The notes under the pieces were generated by a model, which was not told the DNA's origin, made no database searches, and saw only the letters and a program-made list of their open reading frames with translations. From Isosphaeraceae bacterium (GTDB taxonomy: Bacteria > Planctomycetota > Planctomycetia > Isosphaerales > Isosphaeraceae), in contig CBDATT010000002.1 in the NCBI GenBank assembly GCA_965199885.1, forward strand, positions 1 through 64,000: 64,000 bases of DNA, read 5' to 3'. The translations under genes were made by a program, and so were the position numbers. Positions within the stretch are counted from its first letter, which is position 1, and each line of letters begins with the position of its first letter. This document shows, in pieces, positions 35,042 through 44,592 of the stretch.

Positions 35042-36994
35042 TCAGCCGACCACGGCGCTCGGGGCGTTCTCAGCGGTCATCGACGGGTCGGGAGCGGCCA
35101 GCCGGAGCCGGTCCAGCGCCTTCTGTCCCAACCGGAGCGGCCAGGGCAGGACCACCAGCCCCACGATCGCCAGGATGAAGTCGGGCGCGACCCGACCCCA
35201 GAGCGACCGGTCGCCCACCTCGGCACCCAGCTTGACCACCGCCCGCGCTGTCCGGACCGCGTCGCTCCGGGCATGCAGCAACGTGGCCGTGCCGATCGGC
35301 TCGGCGTCGCGGACCCAGAAGATATGCGTCCGAATGAACGTATACTCTTCATCGAGCGTGCGAATCCGGCGTTCGATTTCAGATTGTGTATTCTCGGCAC
35401 GTTGGGCGAGCTTCTGAAGGACGGCCTGAAGCCGATTCATCAGCGTAAGGTGCCTTGCCTCCATCACGTCGAGGAGACTTTCGGCCTCATGGTGGCGCGC
35501 CTCGGGGAGCTTGTCGAGCAGGGCTTCGCGGTCGTACCGGTCGTCGCGAGCGTCGTTGACGAGGTCGAGTTCGACGTCGGCCAGGGCGTTCTCAAAAGTG
35601 GTCAACTCGCTCCGGATGGTATCCAGATCTCCCTTGACGATCGACGTTCGGATCGGGCCGATCCGCCGGAACGAGTTCTTGAGCCGGATCACGTCGAGCG
35701 GGCTCACGTTGCCGTCGTTCAGGGGCTGTTTCAGGTTCTTCTCGAAGTAGTCGACGGTCTCGTCGGCCAGCTTCTTTTGCTTGTCGACCGACAGATTACC
35801 CTGGGTGGTGGCGAGAGCCTTTTCATAAGCGACGGCTTTGCCTTCAAGGCGGAGCAACTCGGCCGAGCGCTGGGCTCGGTAACGTTCGAGGACGTCGTCG
35901 GTATGCTCGGCCTTGCTTTCTTCCTTGGCGACAGCGCTCTGGAGGTCTTTTTGCTGGCGCTCGCTCTGGCTGGCGTAGCGTTTTTCCATCCATTCGACGA
36001 TCCGCCGGCTGACCTCGATTCGGTTCGCCTTGGCCTGAATCTGCAAGGCGCCGAGGTCGGCTTGCCGCCCGTTGAGCGTGATCCGGGCTTCCAGGGTGGC
36101 CAGGTGCTCGGTCTCGACCCGATATTCCCACTCGTAGTTGACCAACCGGTCGCGGGCCAGATCGCGGGCTTCAGGCGTTCCGGCGTTGGTGATGGCCAGT
36201 TCGCGCTCGTTTCGGCCCGCCGCGAGCGCCGCGAGTGTCTGGTGGACCTGGTCGCGCTCGGCCTTGAGCGTCGCCGGGTCGACCCTGGCGGCCTGCACCT
36301 CGCGGAGTTTGGTCAGATCGCCCGACCGCTCGTTGAGTTCCTGCCGTGCGGCGTCGATCGCTTCCTTCATTTCGGCCAGGTGGGCCTCAGGAGACTTGGC
36401 CGGTGCCGTGGCCACGGGCGCGGCGAACGCCTGCGGCAACAGGTCATCGGGCGACTTCGTTGCCTGCTCGGCCATCGTCCGGGTCCGGTCGAGGTCTGCC
36501 TTGAGTTCCGCTTCCATCTGGTCGGGGCTCGGGTTTGGATGCTCGGCCAGGGCTCGCTTGTCGGCGGCGGCCTTCCAGGCGTCGAGCAGCTTCATCCGCC
36601 GTTGGAGAACCTCGACGGTCGCCCTGGTCGCCGGGTTGTCCTTCTTGTCGGGCGCGTCCAGCTCCTTGAGTCGCGCTTCGGTCCCCGCCCGCGTCCGGCT
36701 CGCCTCCGTCATGCTCCCCGGCGCGATCACCACCGGAGTCGGCGTGGCGGTCGGAGTGGTGCTGGCGGGATTGTCGTTCGTCGCTGCGGGCAAGGCCGGG
36801 AGTGCTACCGTTGCCGTTGCTTTCGTCGGGGCTGGCTTGTCGGCGGTGGCCGGCTTCTGTGTTTTGCTTGGCGCGGGTGGGCCACCCTGCTGCGGTCCAT
36901 CTCCCCAGGTTGGCTGAAGCGGGGCAAGCGTCAGAATGGACAGGATCAGGGCGCATCGAAGCGCTGGGCGGGCGTGCATCCGTGCTCGCTCCAA
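35042..36994 (-). CDS. MscK/KefA N-terminal-like periplasmic coiled-coil protein (separate ORF upstream of the MscS channel gene)
   Basis: Signal peptide. A long Ala/Glu/Arg/Leu-rich coiled-coil of about 550 aa ends in one TM helix (FILAIVGLVVLPWPL). Its position and architecture mimic the N-terminal half of E. coli MscK, but it is in a different frame from the downstream channel, with a 32-nt gap. Confidence 0.5.
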   Translation of the reverse strand: MERARMHARPALRCALILSILTLAPLQPTWGDGPQQGGPPAPSKTQKPATADKPAPTKATATVALPALPAATNDNPASTTPTATPTPVVIAPGSMTEASRTRAGTEARLKELDAPDKKDNPATRATVEVLQRRMKLLDAWKAAADKRALAEHPNPSPDQMEAELKADLDRTRTMAEQATKSPDDLLPQAFAAPVATAPAKSPEAHLAEMKEAIDAARQELNERSGDLTKLREVQAARVDPATLKAERDQVHQTLAALAAGRNERELAITNAGTPEARDLARDRLVNYEWEYRVETEHLATLEARITLNGRQADLGALQIQAKANRIEVSRRIVEWMEKRYASQSERQQKDLQSAVAKEESKAEHTDDVLERYRAQRSAELLRLEGKAVAYEKALATTQGNLSVDKQKKLADETVDYFEKNLKQPLNDGNVSPLDVIRLKNSFRRIGPIRTSIVKGDLDTIRSELTTFENALADVELDLVNDARDDRYDREALLDKLPEARHHEAESLLDVMEARHLTLMNRLQAVLQKLAQRAENTQSEIERRIRTLDEEYTFIRTHIFWVRDAEPIGTATLLHARSDAVRTARAVVKLGAEVGDRSLWGRVAPDFILAIVGLVVLPWPLRLGQKALDRLRLAAPDPSMTAENAPSAVVG

Positions 36995-37123
36995 GAAGGT
37001 TCATCCGGGTGAATCGAACGGCGACCACTCCCGAGCATCCGTGCGGGCGGTCGCATCGCCAGGTCCGGCAGCCTATCGCAACCTTCCGGACCTGGCAAGC
37101 CGAGAACAGTCAGAGAGCGTGGT

Positions 37124-39703
37124 TCAGACCGACCGCGGCCGGCGGGTCGGGGTTTTGACCGGGGGTGGAGTTGGGCTGGGGAGGCTGGGCTTGCGGGCGA
37201 CTTCCTTGGCGGGGCGGGGGCCGGGCTGGGGTTTGGTCGCGGCGGGCTTGGCCTTCTCGGGGGGGAAGAGGAGCTTGACCACGTCTTCCAGGGTGTCAAC
37301 GGCGTGGAAGGTGACGTCGGCCTTGACCTCGGCGGGCAGTTCGATCAGGTCCTTCTCGTTGTGCCGGGGGATCAGGACGGTCGTGATCCCCGCCCGACGC
37401 GCGGCGAGAACCTTCTCGCGGACGCCACCGACCGGCAACACGCGACCGGTGAGCGTGACCTCGCCGGTCATCGCCAGTTCCTGATGGATCGCGCGGTTGC
37501 TGAACAGGCTGATCAGAGCCGCCGAGATCGCCACTCCAGCCGACGGACCATCTTTGGGCACAGCACCGGCGGGGACGTGGATGTGAACATCGGTCTTGGT
37601 GATCTTGCCGGCGTCGAGACCGAGCGCCTGGGCGTGGCTCCGAAGGAACGAGAGTGCCGCCTGCGCTGATTCCCGCATCGACTCGCCGAGGAGGCCGGTC
37701 AGGGTGAGCGTTCCCTTGCCGGGCATCCCCGAGGCTTCGATAAAGAGGATCTCGCCACCGGTCGGCGTCCAGGCCAGCCCGGTCGAAACGCCGGGCGTGC
37801 CGGTCCGGTCGGCGACCTCGCGGAAGAATTTAGGCGGGCCGAGCATGTCGGCCAGCATCTCGGGAACGACCGTCGTGAGCGACTTGTTCCCCTCGGCGTG
37901 CTTGCGGGCGACCTTCCGGCAGACCGTGGCCAGCTCGCGTTCAAAGTTGCGCAGGCCGGCTTCACGGGTGTAGTCAGCCACGACCCGGCGCACGGCCTCG
38001 TCGTCGAACTGGATCAGCTTGTTGGTCAGACCGTGGGCATCCACCTGCTTGGGGATGATGTACTTCTTGGCGATCGTGACCTTTTCTTCCTCGCTGTACC
38101 CGGCCAGCTCGATAATCTCCATCCGGTCGAGCAGGGGGGCGGGGATGGTGTCGAGCTGGTTCGCTGTGGCGATGAACATGACCTTGGAGAGGTCGAAATC
38201 GACGTCGAGGTAGTGGTCGCGGAACGTCGCGTTTTGTTCGGGATCGAGCACTTCCAGCAGCGCCGCCGAGGGATCGCCGCGGAAGTCAGCGCCGAGTTTG
38301 TCGACCTCGTCAAGCATGAAGACCGGGTTGTTCGACCCTGCCTTGCGCAATCCCTGGATGACCCGGCCCGGCATCGCGGCGACGTAAGTCCGGCGGTGAC
38401 CACGGATCTCGGCCTCGTCGTGGACGCCGCCGAGGCTGATCCGGACGAACTCGCGCCCGAGCGCCTTGGCGATGCTCTTGCCGAGCGACGTCTTGCCCGT
38501 GCCGGGAGGACCGGCAAAGCAGAGGATCGGCCCCTTCATGTCCTTCTTGAGCTTCCGGACGGCAAGGTATTCAAGGATGCGTTCCTTGATCTTTTCCAGG
38601 TCGTAGTGGTCGGCGTCGAGGATCTTGCGGGCCCGCCGGAGGTCCAACCGGTCGCGGCTCGACTTCTCCCAGGGGAGGACGGCGAGCCAGTCGAGGTACG
38701 TGCGGACGATCGAATATTCGGCGGAACTGGGGTGCATCCCGGCCAGCCGGTCCATCTCGCGCTCGGCTTCAACGAGGACGTCGGCGGGGGGCTTGGCCTT
38801 TTCGAGCTTTTCCCAGAGTTCGTCGAGTTCGGGGTTGTCCGACTCGGTCTCACCAAGTTCGTCCTGGATGGCCTTGATTTGCTGGCGGAGGAAGTGGTCG
38901 CGCTGCGCCTTGGTGATCTCCGACCCGACCTGCGCCTGGATCTTGCTGGAGAGTTCGAGAACCGTCAACTGCCGGGTCAGGAACGCGCCCAGCTTTTCCA
39001 GCCGGGTCCGAACGTTGGTCTCGGCGAGGAGTTGCTGCTTTTCCTCGATCGTGAACGGGAGACTTGACCCCAGGAGGTCCGCCAGGCGGCCGGGCTCGCG
39101 GGTGTTCATCGCCGCGACCTGTAACTCCTCGGGAACCTGCTGGCTCTGCTCGATCATCCGCTGGAAGAGGCCGTTGACGTGGTGGACGAGCGCGTCGAGT
39201 TCCACCCCTTCCTCGATCACGTCTTCGAGCGGTTCGATCCGGCCGATCAGGTACGGTTCGGTCTGCACGATCTCGATCAGCCGAGCGCGGAACATCCCCT
39301 GCGAAACGACCCGGGTCGAGCCGTCGGGGAACTTGAGCATCTTGAGGACGTTGCCGACGCTCAGGGTCGGGTACAGGTCGCTGATTGTCGGCTCGTCGGT
39401 CTCGGGATGCCGCTGCGCGATCAGGCCGAGGGTTTTCTCCTCGCCCATGATATCGTCGATCAGCTTGATTCCCGCGGCGCGGTTAACCACCAGCGGCACC
39501 ACGGTTTGCGGAAAGACGACGTCGGACCGGAGCGGGAGCAGGGCCACGCGCTCGGGCATCTCGCCCGGCATGGCGTGCTCGACCTGAACCAAGATCCGCC
39601 CGGTCGCCGTTTCTTCGCCGACAACGTCGCGCGGCACGGCTCCCTCGGCTGGAGTTTCCACCGGGGCGGGGCGAGGTCGGCGCGATCTGGGTTTGGTGCT
39701 CAT
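37124..39703 (-). CDS. lon: ATP-dependent Lon protease
   Basis: LON N-domain, AAA+ Walker A box GPPGTGKTS, sensor motifs, and a C-terminal protease domain with the Ser-Lys dyad (PKDGPSAGVA). There is a Pro/Lys-rich C-terminal tail of about 60 aa. Confidence 0.95.
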   Translation of the reverse strand: MSTKPRSRRPRPAPVETPAEGAVPRDVVGEETATGRILVQVEHAMPGEMPERVALLPLRSDVVFPQTVVPLVVNRAAGIKLIDDIMGEEKTLGLIAQRHPETDEPTISDLYPTLSVGNVLKMLKFPDGSTRVVSQGMFRARLIEIVQTEPYLIGRIEPLEDVIEEGVELDALVHHVNGLFQRMIEQSQQVPEELQVAAMNTREPGRLADLLGSSLPFTIEEKQQLLAETNVRTRLEKLGAFLTRQLTVLELSSKIQAQVGSEITKAQRDHFLRQQIKAIQDELGETESDNPELDELWEKLEKAKPPADVLVEAEREMDRLAGMHPSSAEYSIVRTYLDWLAVLPWEKSSRDRLDLRRARKILDADHYDLEKIKERILEYLAVRKLKKDMKGPILCFAGPPGTGKTSLGKSIAKALGREFVRISLGGVHDEAEIRGHRRTYVAAMPGRVIQGLRKAGSNNPVFMLDEVDKLGADFRGDPSAALLEVLDPEQNATFRDHYLDVDFDLSKVMFIATANQLDTIPAPLLDRMEIIELAGYSEEEKVTIAKKYIIPKQVDAHGLTNKLIQFDDEAVRRVVADYTREAGLRNFERELATVCRKVARKHAEGNKSLTTVVPEMLADMLGPPKFFREVADRTGTPGVSTGLAWTPTGGEILFIEASGMPGKGTLTLTGLLGESMRESAQAALSFLRSHAQALGLDAGKITKTDVHIHVPAGAVPKDGPSAGVAISAALISLFSNRAIHQELAMTGEVTLTGRVLPVGGVREKVLAARRAGITTVLIPRHNEKDLIELPAEVKADVTFHAVDTLEDVVKLLFPPEKAKPAATKPQPGPRPAKEVARKPSLPSPTPPPVKTPTRRPRSV

Positions 39704-39901
39704 GCTTCTCGATCAGCCGGCGCAACACGGCGCACATAAGGTCGGGAACGAACGCCCAGCGACACAAGTCAGGACATCGCTCTCAGGACACCCAGGGTGA
39801 ATTGTCGGGGTGATCCCCCCCGAAGGAAAGGGGAGACCCACTTCAAGCCGCAGTTTCCCACAGACTCGCTAAAATAAACGGTTAAGACGTTCTATCTTGC
39901 C

Positions 39902-40771
39902 TCATTTGCGCCACCAATCGTCATCGTCGCCCCCCTCTTGATACCGGCTCTGGAACTGCGCTGCCTGAAGTAACTGGAAGTTGATCAAACCCAGGTAGCC
40001 GACGAGGAGGGCATTGAAGACCTGATCGCGGGTATAGAGCCAGGTGGCAATCAACGCGGCGACGCCGATGGAAACGATATAGCACCACCTTGCCCCCTGC
40101 CGGCGGTCACGCATCAAGAGGAGCGTCTGCGTGACCTGCCCGCCGTCGAGTGGGAAGATTGGCAGCAGGTTGAGCACTCCCCAGAACAGGTTAATATACA
40201 AAAGATCATGGTAGGCTGACAAGATCAGGGGGGTCGAGAAGACCCAACTCGGCGGTTGGTGGATCAGGGCCTGGCGAATCGGCACCAGATCCAACATCCC
40301 GGTCGGGAGGATGCCCAGGACGAAAGTGCCGATGAGTGCCACCAGGATGAACAGGAGGAACCCGGCCCCTGGCCCCATCAAGATGGTGGCCAGCCGGCGC
40401 CAGGGGCTCCCGTGCTCGCGGTCATAGAAGCAGAGGCCACCCATCCCGTAGAGGACCACCGACGGCCGCTGACGGTCGAGCCACCGCGCCGTCATCCCGT
40501 GGCCAAACTCGTGAACCAGGATCGAGACGAACACGCAGGCGACCCAGACCAGAATTTGTGCCGGTTCGCGGCTCCACCCAAGCAGTGCGGTGACGCCCCA
40601 GAAGAACGGGTTGATCCGAACCGGGATACCCAGCAGGCGAAAGTTCACATCATAAGCGGTGGTCGCGGGCACTCCCAGCATGAGCGATACCTTGCGTCCC
40701 TTCCGGGTCGAACGGATCATCAAAGAAAAGAGAGGGATCAGCCCCAACGGAATCTTACACCAAATCGCCAC
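39902..40771 (-). CDS. site-2 protease family (M50) intramembrane metalloprotease
   Basis: The HEFGH zinc motif lies in a TM helix. NxxPxxxLDGG (LLPIFPLDGGQ) is present, with multiple TM segments. Confidence 0.75.
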   Translation of the reverse strand: MAIWCKIPLGLIPLFSLMIRSTRKGRKVSLMLGVPATTAYDVNFRLLGIPVRINPFFWGVTALLGWSREPAQILVWVACVFVSILVHEFGHGMTARWLDRQRPSVVLYGMGGLCFYDREHGSPWRRLATILMGPGAGFLLFILVALIGTFVLGILPTGMLDLVPIRQALIHQPPSWVFSTPLILSAYHDLLYINLFWGVLNLLPIFPLDGGQVTQTLLLMRDRRQGARWCYIVSIGVAALIATWLYTRDQVFNALLVGYLGLINFQLLQAAQFQSRYQEGGDDDDWWRK

Positions 40772-40996
40772 CGCCCCGCATCATTCTGACCAGATAGCGT
40801 AGACCGATCGGTCCGCTCCGGCAACCCCACCCAACGGATGCCCGGCAGCGAGGTTGGCTTGATGGGTTTCCTCTCAAATAACTTCTCGGCGGCATTATCC
40901 CTCGGCGCCTGGCCTGGTCGGCGCAAAGCTTGGTCGGCAAGATACCGTGGATGGCTACCGCGTGCGCTGGTGTCCCAACTCAAGGAGCAAGTCACC

Positions 40997-41722
40997 ATGA
41001 TAGATGTTGCCACCGCCGTCCGCGACCAGGGTTTCGCCGTGGTCCCCGATCTGATCGATGACAGCACGGCAATTCCTCTGGCCGAAGCGGTCGATCGGGC
41101 ATCGGCAGCAGCGGGCTCGCTCCGCCGCGACCATGCGGTTTATGGGATGCGTGACCTGCTCCGGAGCGTGCCCGAGGTCCGAACGCTGGCGGGATCGGCG
41201 CCCATCCTGGATCAGGTCGAGTCGATCCTGGGCGCCGGGGCGTTCGCCGTCCGGGGACTCTGGTTCGACAAGACACCCGAGGCCAACTGGGGCGTTCCCT
41301 GGCATCAGGATCTGACGATCGCCGTGCGCGAGCGAGTCGATGCGCCCGGCTTCGGCCCCTGGACGGTGAAGGCCGGTATCCCCCACGTCCGGCCGCCGGT
41401 CGAGGTGCTCGACGACATGGTCACGGTCCGGGTCCACCTGGACGACTGCGGACCCGATCGCGGCCCGCTCCAGGTGGTTCCGGGGTCGCATCGAGCGGGC
41501 CGACTTGACGCCGCCGCGACCCGCGCCGCGCTCGACCGGACGCTGAGCGTCGATTGTCTGGTCCGGCGAGGGGGCGCGGTCCTGATGCGACCCTTGATCC
41601 TGCACGGATCGAAGGCGGCGACCGATCCCGACCGGCGCCGGGTCATCCACCTCGAATACGCCGCTGACTCGCTTCCGGGCGGCCTGGCCTGGTTTGAAGT
41701 GGTGGGTCGGACTGCGTTTTGA
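40997..41722 (+). CDS. phytanoyl-CoA dioxygenase (PhyH) family Fe(II)/2-oxoglutarate oxygenase
   Basis: PhyH-type motifs WHQD (HxD) and a downstream His (ILHGS), with Arg. Start chosen at MIDVATAV, which has GGAG 8 nt upstream. Confidence 0.6.
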   Translation: MIDVATAVRDQGFAVVPDLIDDSTAIPLAEAVDRASAAAGSLRRDHAVYGMRDLLRSVPEVRTLAGSAPILDQVESILGAGAFAVRGLWFDKTPEANWGVPWHQDLTIAVRERVDAPGFGPWTVKAGIPHVRPPVEVLDDMVTVRVHLDDCGPDRGPLQVVPGSHRAGRLDAAATRAALDRTLSVDCLVRRGGAVLMRPLILHGSKAATDPDRRRVIHLEYAADSLPGGLAWFEVVGRTAF

Positions 41723-41739
41723 TCATTCCTTGATGATGG

Positions 41740-42138
41740 TCAAGCCACTTGCCACTCGACGAGTTGCTTGATCAGGAGTTCGGCGCCGTCGGCGTCAAGC
41801 GCCAGGACCTCGGGCATCGACAGGCCCTCGGGCGACTTTTGCCACTGGACCGCGTTGGGTTCGCCGGTCAGAACGCTGAACCGACCCGACCCAAGCGTTT
41901 GCAACCGCGTGATCCGGTTCCCTGGCGTCAAAACGTCCCGGGTTCGGGTCCAGAAAAACTCGATCCGGTCCGCCTGGATGGGATCAGGGCGAATCGACCC
42001 TTGTCCCAGCGAGTGGATGGCGTGATCCGGGAGAATGATGATGAGCTTGCGCGCATCACTGATCTGATCCTGAGCAACCCCCGAGTTGGGATCGCTGGCG
42101 AAATGGTCGATCTGGTTCATTGCTTCGGTCTTGGTCAT
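41740..42138 (-). CDS. hypothetical protein
   Basis: 132-aa ORF with ordinary amino-acid composition, in a locally lower-GC (about 55%) patch. No recognisable motif. Confidence 0.3.
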   Translation of the reverse strand: MTKTEAMNQIDHFASDPNSGVAQDQISDARKLIIILPDHAIHSLGQGSIRPDPIQADRIEFFWTRTRDVLTPGNRITRLQTLGSGRFSVLTGEPNAVQWQKSPEGLSMPEVLALDADGAELLIKQLVEWQVA

Positions 42139-42177
42139 GACAAGATTCGCACCAAGAGAAAGAGAGACATCGACAAC

Positions 42178-42594
42178 TCAAAACGCGTTGAGCAACGATT
42201 TCCAGACGGTCGCCGAGTCGTTCAGAGCGTACGCGACGGCTGTTGTCAGTTTCAACATCCCCGTCAACTCATCGAAGGATAAGAGCGGTTTCCAGCAGCA
42301 TTCTGGCAGATCATAATTTGTTTGCAAGAGCCTGACGCCGACCTGGGCCATCCGGGAGTGGAACCGCAAAACGTCATCCAGACTCGCATCGCTCGCTGCG
42401 CCGCCGCAATCAAAGCTCGCAATGGCCAGCACGTTGTTCAGGTCAATCCGCAGCTCGGGACTTGTCACGACCAGCGCAAGATCGATCCCTGGTAAGTTCC
42501 AGACCATGCCGTCGGCCAGCTTCACCTTCGCTCCAGAGGTCCAGCCGGGACGACGACTGTGGCGCTCCAATCGGAATTTTGTAAGGGTTGTCAT
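42178..42594 (-). CDS. hypothetical protein
   Basis: 138-aa ORF immediately upstream of and co-oriented with the 41740-42138 gene, in the same lower-GC patch. No recognisable motif. Confidence 0.3.
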   Translation of the reverse strand: MTTLTKFRLERHSRRPGWTSGAKVKLADGMVWNLPGIDLALVVTSPELRIDLNNVLAIASFDCGGAASDASLDDVLRFHSRMAQVGVRLLQTNYDLPECCWKPLLSFDELTGMLKLTTAVAYALNDSATVWKSLLNAF

Positions 42595-42813
42595 TGTGTT
42601 GTGCTCGCACGACCTGAAAATAAAGCCATGTTCTTATTGAACCTGGCCGCAAATCGTCGCTGCAATCAGGGTTTTCCCCAAAATGCGGGTCGGGTGACTC
42701 GAAGCGAGTTCGAGGAAAAACCTGCGGAATTCCCGGCCTGACTTGCCAGCCAGGTCGGACCCCGCGACAATCGAAACCGCACTGGACCGATCCGCCCGAA
42801 AGGATGATGAGCT

Positions 42814-43656
42814 TTGCGTTTCACGAAGATGCATGGAATTGGCAATGACTATGTTTATGTCGAGACCTTCAACCAGGCCGCTCCCAGCGACCCGGTCGGG
42901 CTGGCGGTTGCCGTCAGTGATCGCCACTTCGGGATCGGGTCGGATGGCCTGATCCTGATCGAACCGTCCGAGCGGGCGGATGCGCGGATGCGAATGTTTA
43001 ACAACGACGGGTCGGAGTCGGAGATGTGCGGCAACGGCGTCCGGTGCGTCGCCAAGTTCATTCACGACCACGCGATCGCCCGCAAGCCGCGCGTGACGGT
43101 GGAGACGGGGCGGGGTGTCTTGACGCTCGACCTCGAAGTGACCGACGGCCAGGCTCACCGGGTCCGCGTCGACATGGGGGCGCCGATCCTCCGGGGCAGC
43201 GAGATCCCGACGACTCTGGCGGGCGACCCCCCGCTCGATGCGCCCATTGAGGTCGGTGGGCAGACCGTGCTGGTGACCGCGATCTCGGTTGGCAACCCGC
43301 ACGCGGTGATCTACGTCGAGGATGTGGCGAACTATCCGGTCGCGACCCTCGGCCCCTTGATCGAACGACACCCGAGTTTCCCCCGGAAGATCAACGTCCA
43401 CTTCGTCGAGGTGATCCATCGCGGCGAGGTTAAGATGCGGACCTGGGAACGCGGGACGGGGATCACCCTGGCCTGCGGAACCGGAGCCTGCGCCGTGGCC
43501 GTGGCGGGCGTCCTGACGGGTCGGACCGACGCGACGCTGCTTGCGCACCTTCCCGGCGGTGACCTGACGCTTGAATGGTCGGGATCGCCCGACTCATCGG
43601 TTTTCATGACCGGCGGCGCCGCCGAGGTCTTTTCCGGCGACTGGCCCGACGCCTGA
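42814..43656 (+). CDS. dapF: diaminopimelate epimerase
   Basis: N-terminus MRFTKMHGIGNDYVYV and the two catalytic Cys contexts (MCGNGVRC and ACGTGACA) are classic DapF. Confidence 0.9.
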   Translation: MRFTKMHGIGNDYVYVETFNQAAPSDPVGLAVAVSDRHFGIGSDGLILIEPSERADARMRMFNNDGSESEMCGNGVRCVAKFIHDHAIARKPRVTVETGRGVLTLDLEVTDGQAHRVRVDMGAPILRGSEIPTTLAGDPPLDAPIEVGGQTVLVTAISVGNPHAVIYVEDVANYPVATLGPLIERHPSFPRKINVHFVEVIHRGEVKMRTWERGTGITLACGTGACAVAVAGVLTGRTDATLLAHLPGGDLTLEWSGSPDSSVFMTGGAAEVFSGDWPDA

Positions 43657-44012
43657 TTGGTCAGCCGAGATGATCCCTGATCGATCAGCACCCCCCTGCG
43701 CATTGACCAGCGCGCCGATTGGCAGTGCGAATGTCATCTCGTCTGTCACAATGGCAGAATCAGGAACGGACACGCTGGTCAGGGGTCATTGCATGGATAC
43801 AATCACGAATTGTTAAGGTTGACCTTTGTTCCGCAGATTGCTCAACAGTTAAGAATTTCCCAACCAGAATTCCAAAAAAATATTTGCAATTCCCCGTATC
43901 TTATCTATCCTATCTACGGCTGGCACTGAGTTTGCCCTAGCTCGGTTCCCTTGTGTGCAATTCTCTTTGCGAGATTGCCTCGATTGACCTCTTTGAATCC
44001 TGGAGTGGATCC

Positions 44013-44324
44013 ATGCGGAATCTCAAGACCTTGGCCCTGGCTGGTGTGATCGGTGTTTTCGCCCTGGCCGGTGACGCCAGCGCCTGTCACAAGAAAAAGT
44101 GCGCCTGCCCGACCACGACCACCGTCGTTTGCGCGGCCCCGGCTCCGGTCGTCGAGTGCGCCCCGGCCAAGAAGTGCCACATGCCCAAGATGCCGAAGAT
44201 GGGCTGCCACAAGAAGGCCGTCGCCACCTGCGCCCCGGTTGCTTACGCCGCTCCGGCCAGCTACGCCGCCCCGACCTACGCCTCGCCGCAGGCTTCGGCT
44301 CAGGCTTCGGGCCAGGGGATGTAA
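44013..44324 (+). CDS. small secreted Cys/Met/His-rich protein (possible metal-binding)
   Basis: Signal peptide MRNLKTLALAGVIGVFALAGDASA, then CHKKKCACPTTTTVVCAAP...ECAPAKKCHMPKMPKMGCHKK with MxxM-like MPKMPKM. It is Ala/Pro-rich. Confidence 0.35.
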   Translation: MRNLKTLALAGVIGVFALAGDASACHKKKCACPTTTTVVCAAPAPVVECAPAKKCHMPKMPKMGCHKKAVATCAPVAYAAPASYAAPTYASPQASAQASGQGM

Positions 44325-44592
44325 ATCCGCCCGCCGAGGCCAGTTGGTTGCGGTCCTGGGAGGGAATTCCAGCGCCGCGAGACTGGTTCGGTGCGCTGAG
44401 TTTTGGCCAACCCGGACCGCACACGATGTCATTTCGCGTGGGTGTCCGGGTTGTTCGTTTCGAAGGTTGGCTGACTCGATCAGTTCTGGCTGGTACGTTC
44501 TGACCAATTCTCTTATAAGATCCGCCACGGACTCAAACCGGCGGCCGACCCGAATGTGACTTGCCGACGACTTGCCCAGGAGGGGCACTCTC

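Noticed and set aside
43860-43895. Reading of TTGCA in the recurrent ATTTGCAAT motif as a sigma-54 -12 element
   Set aside because: No GG dinucleotide lies at the required -24 position (TGGCAC about 10 nt upstream) in any instance examined.
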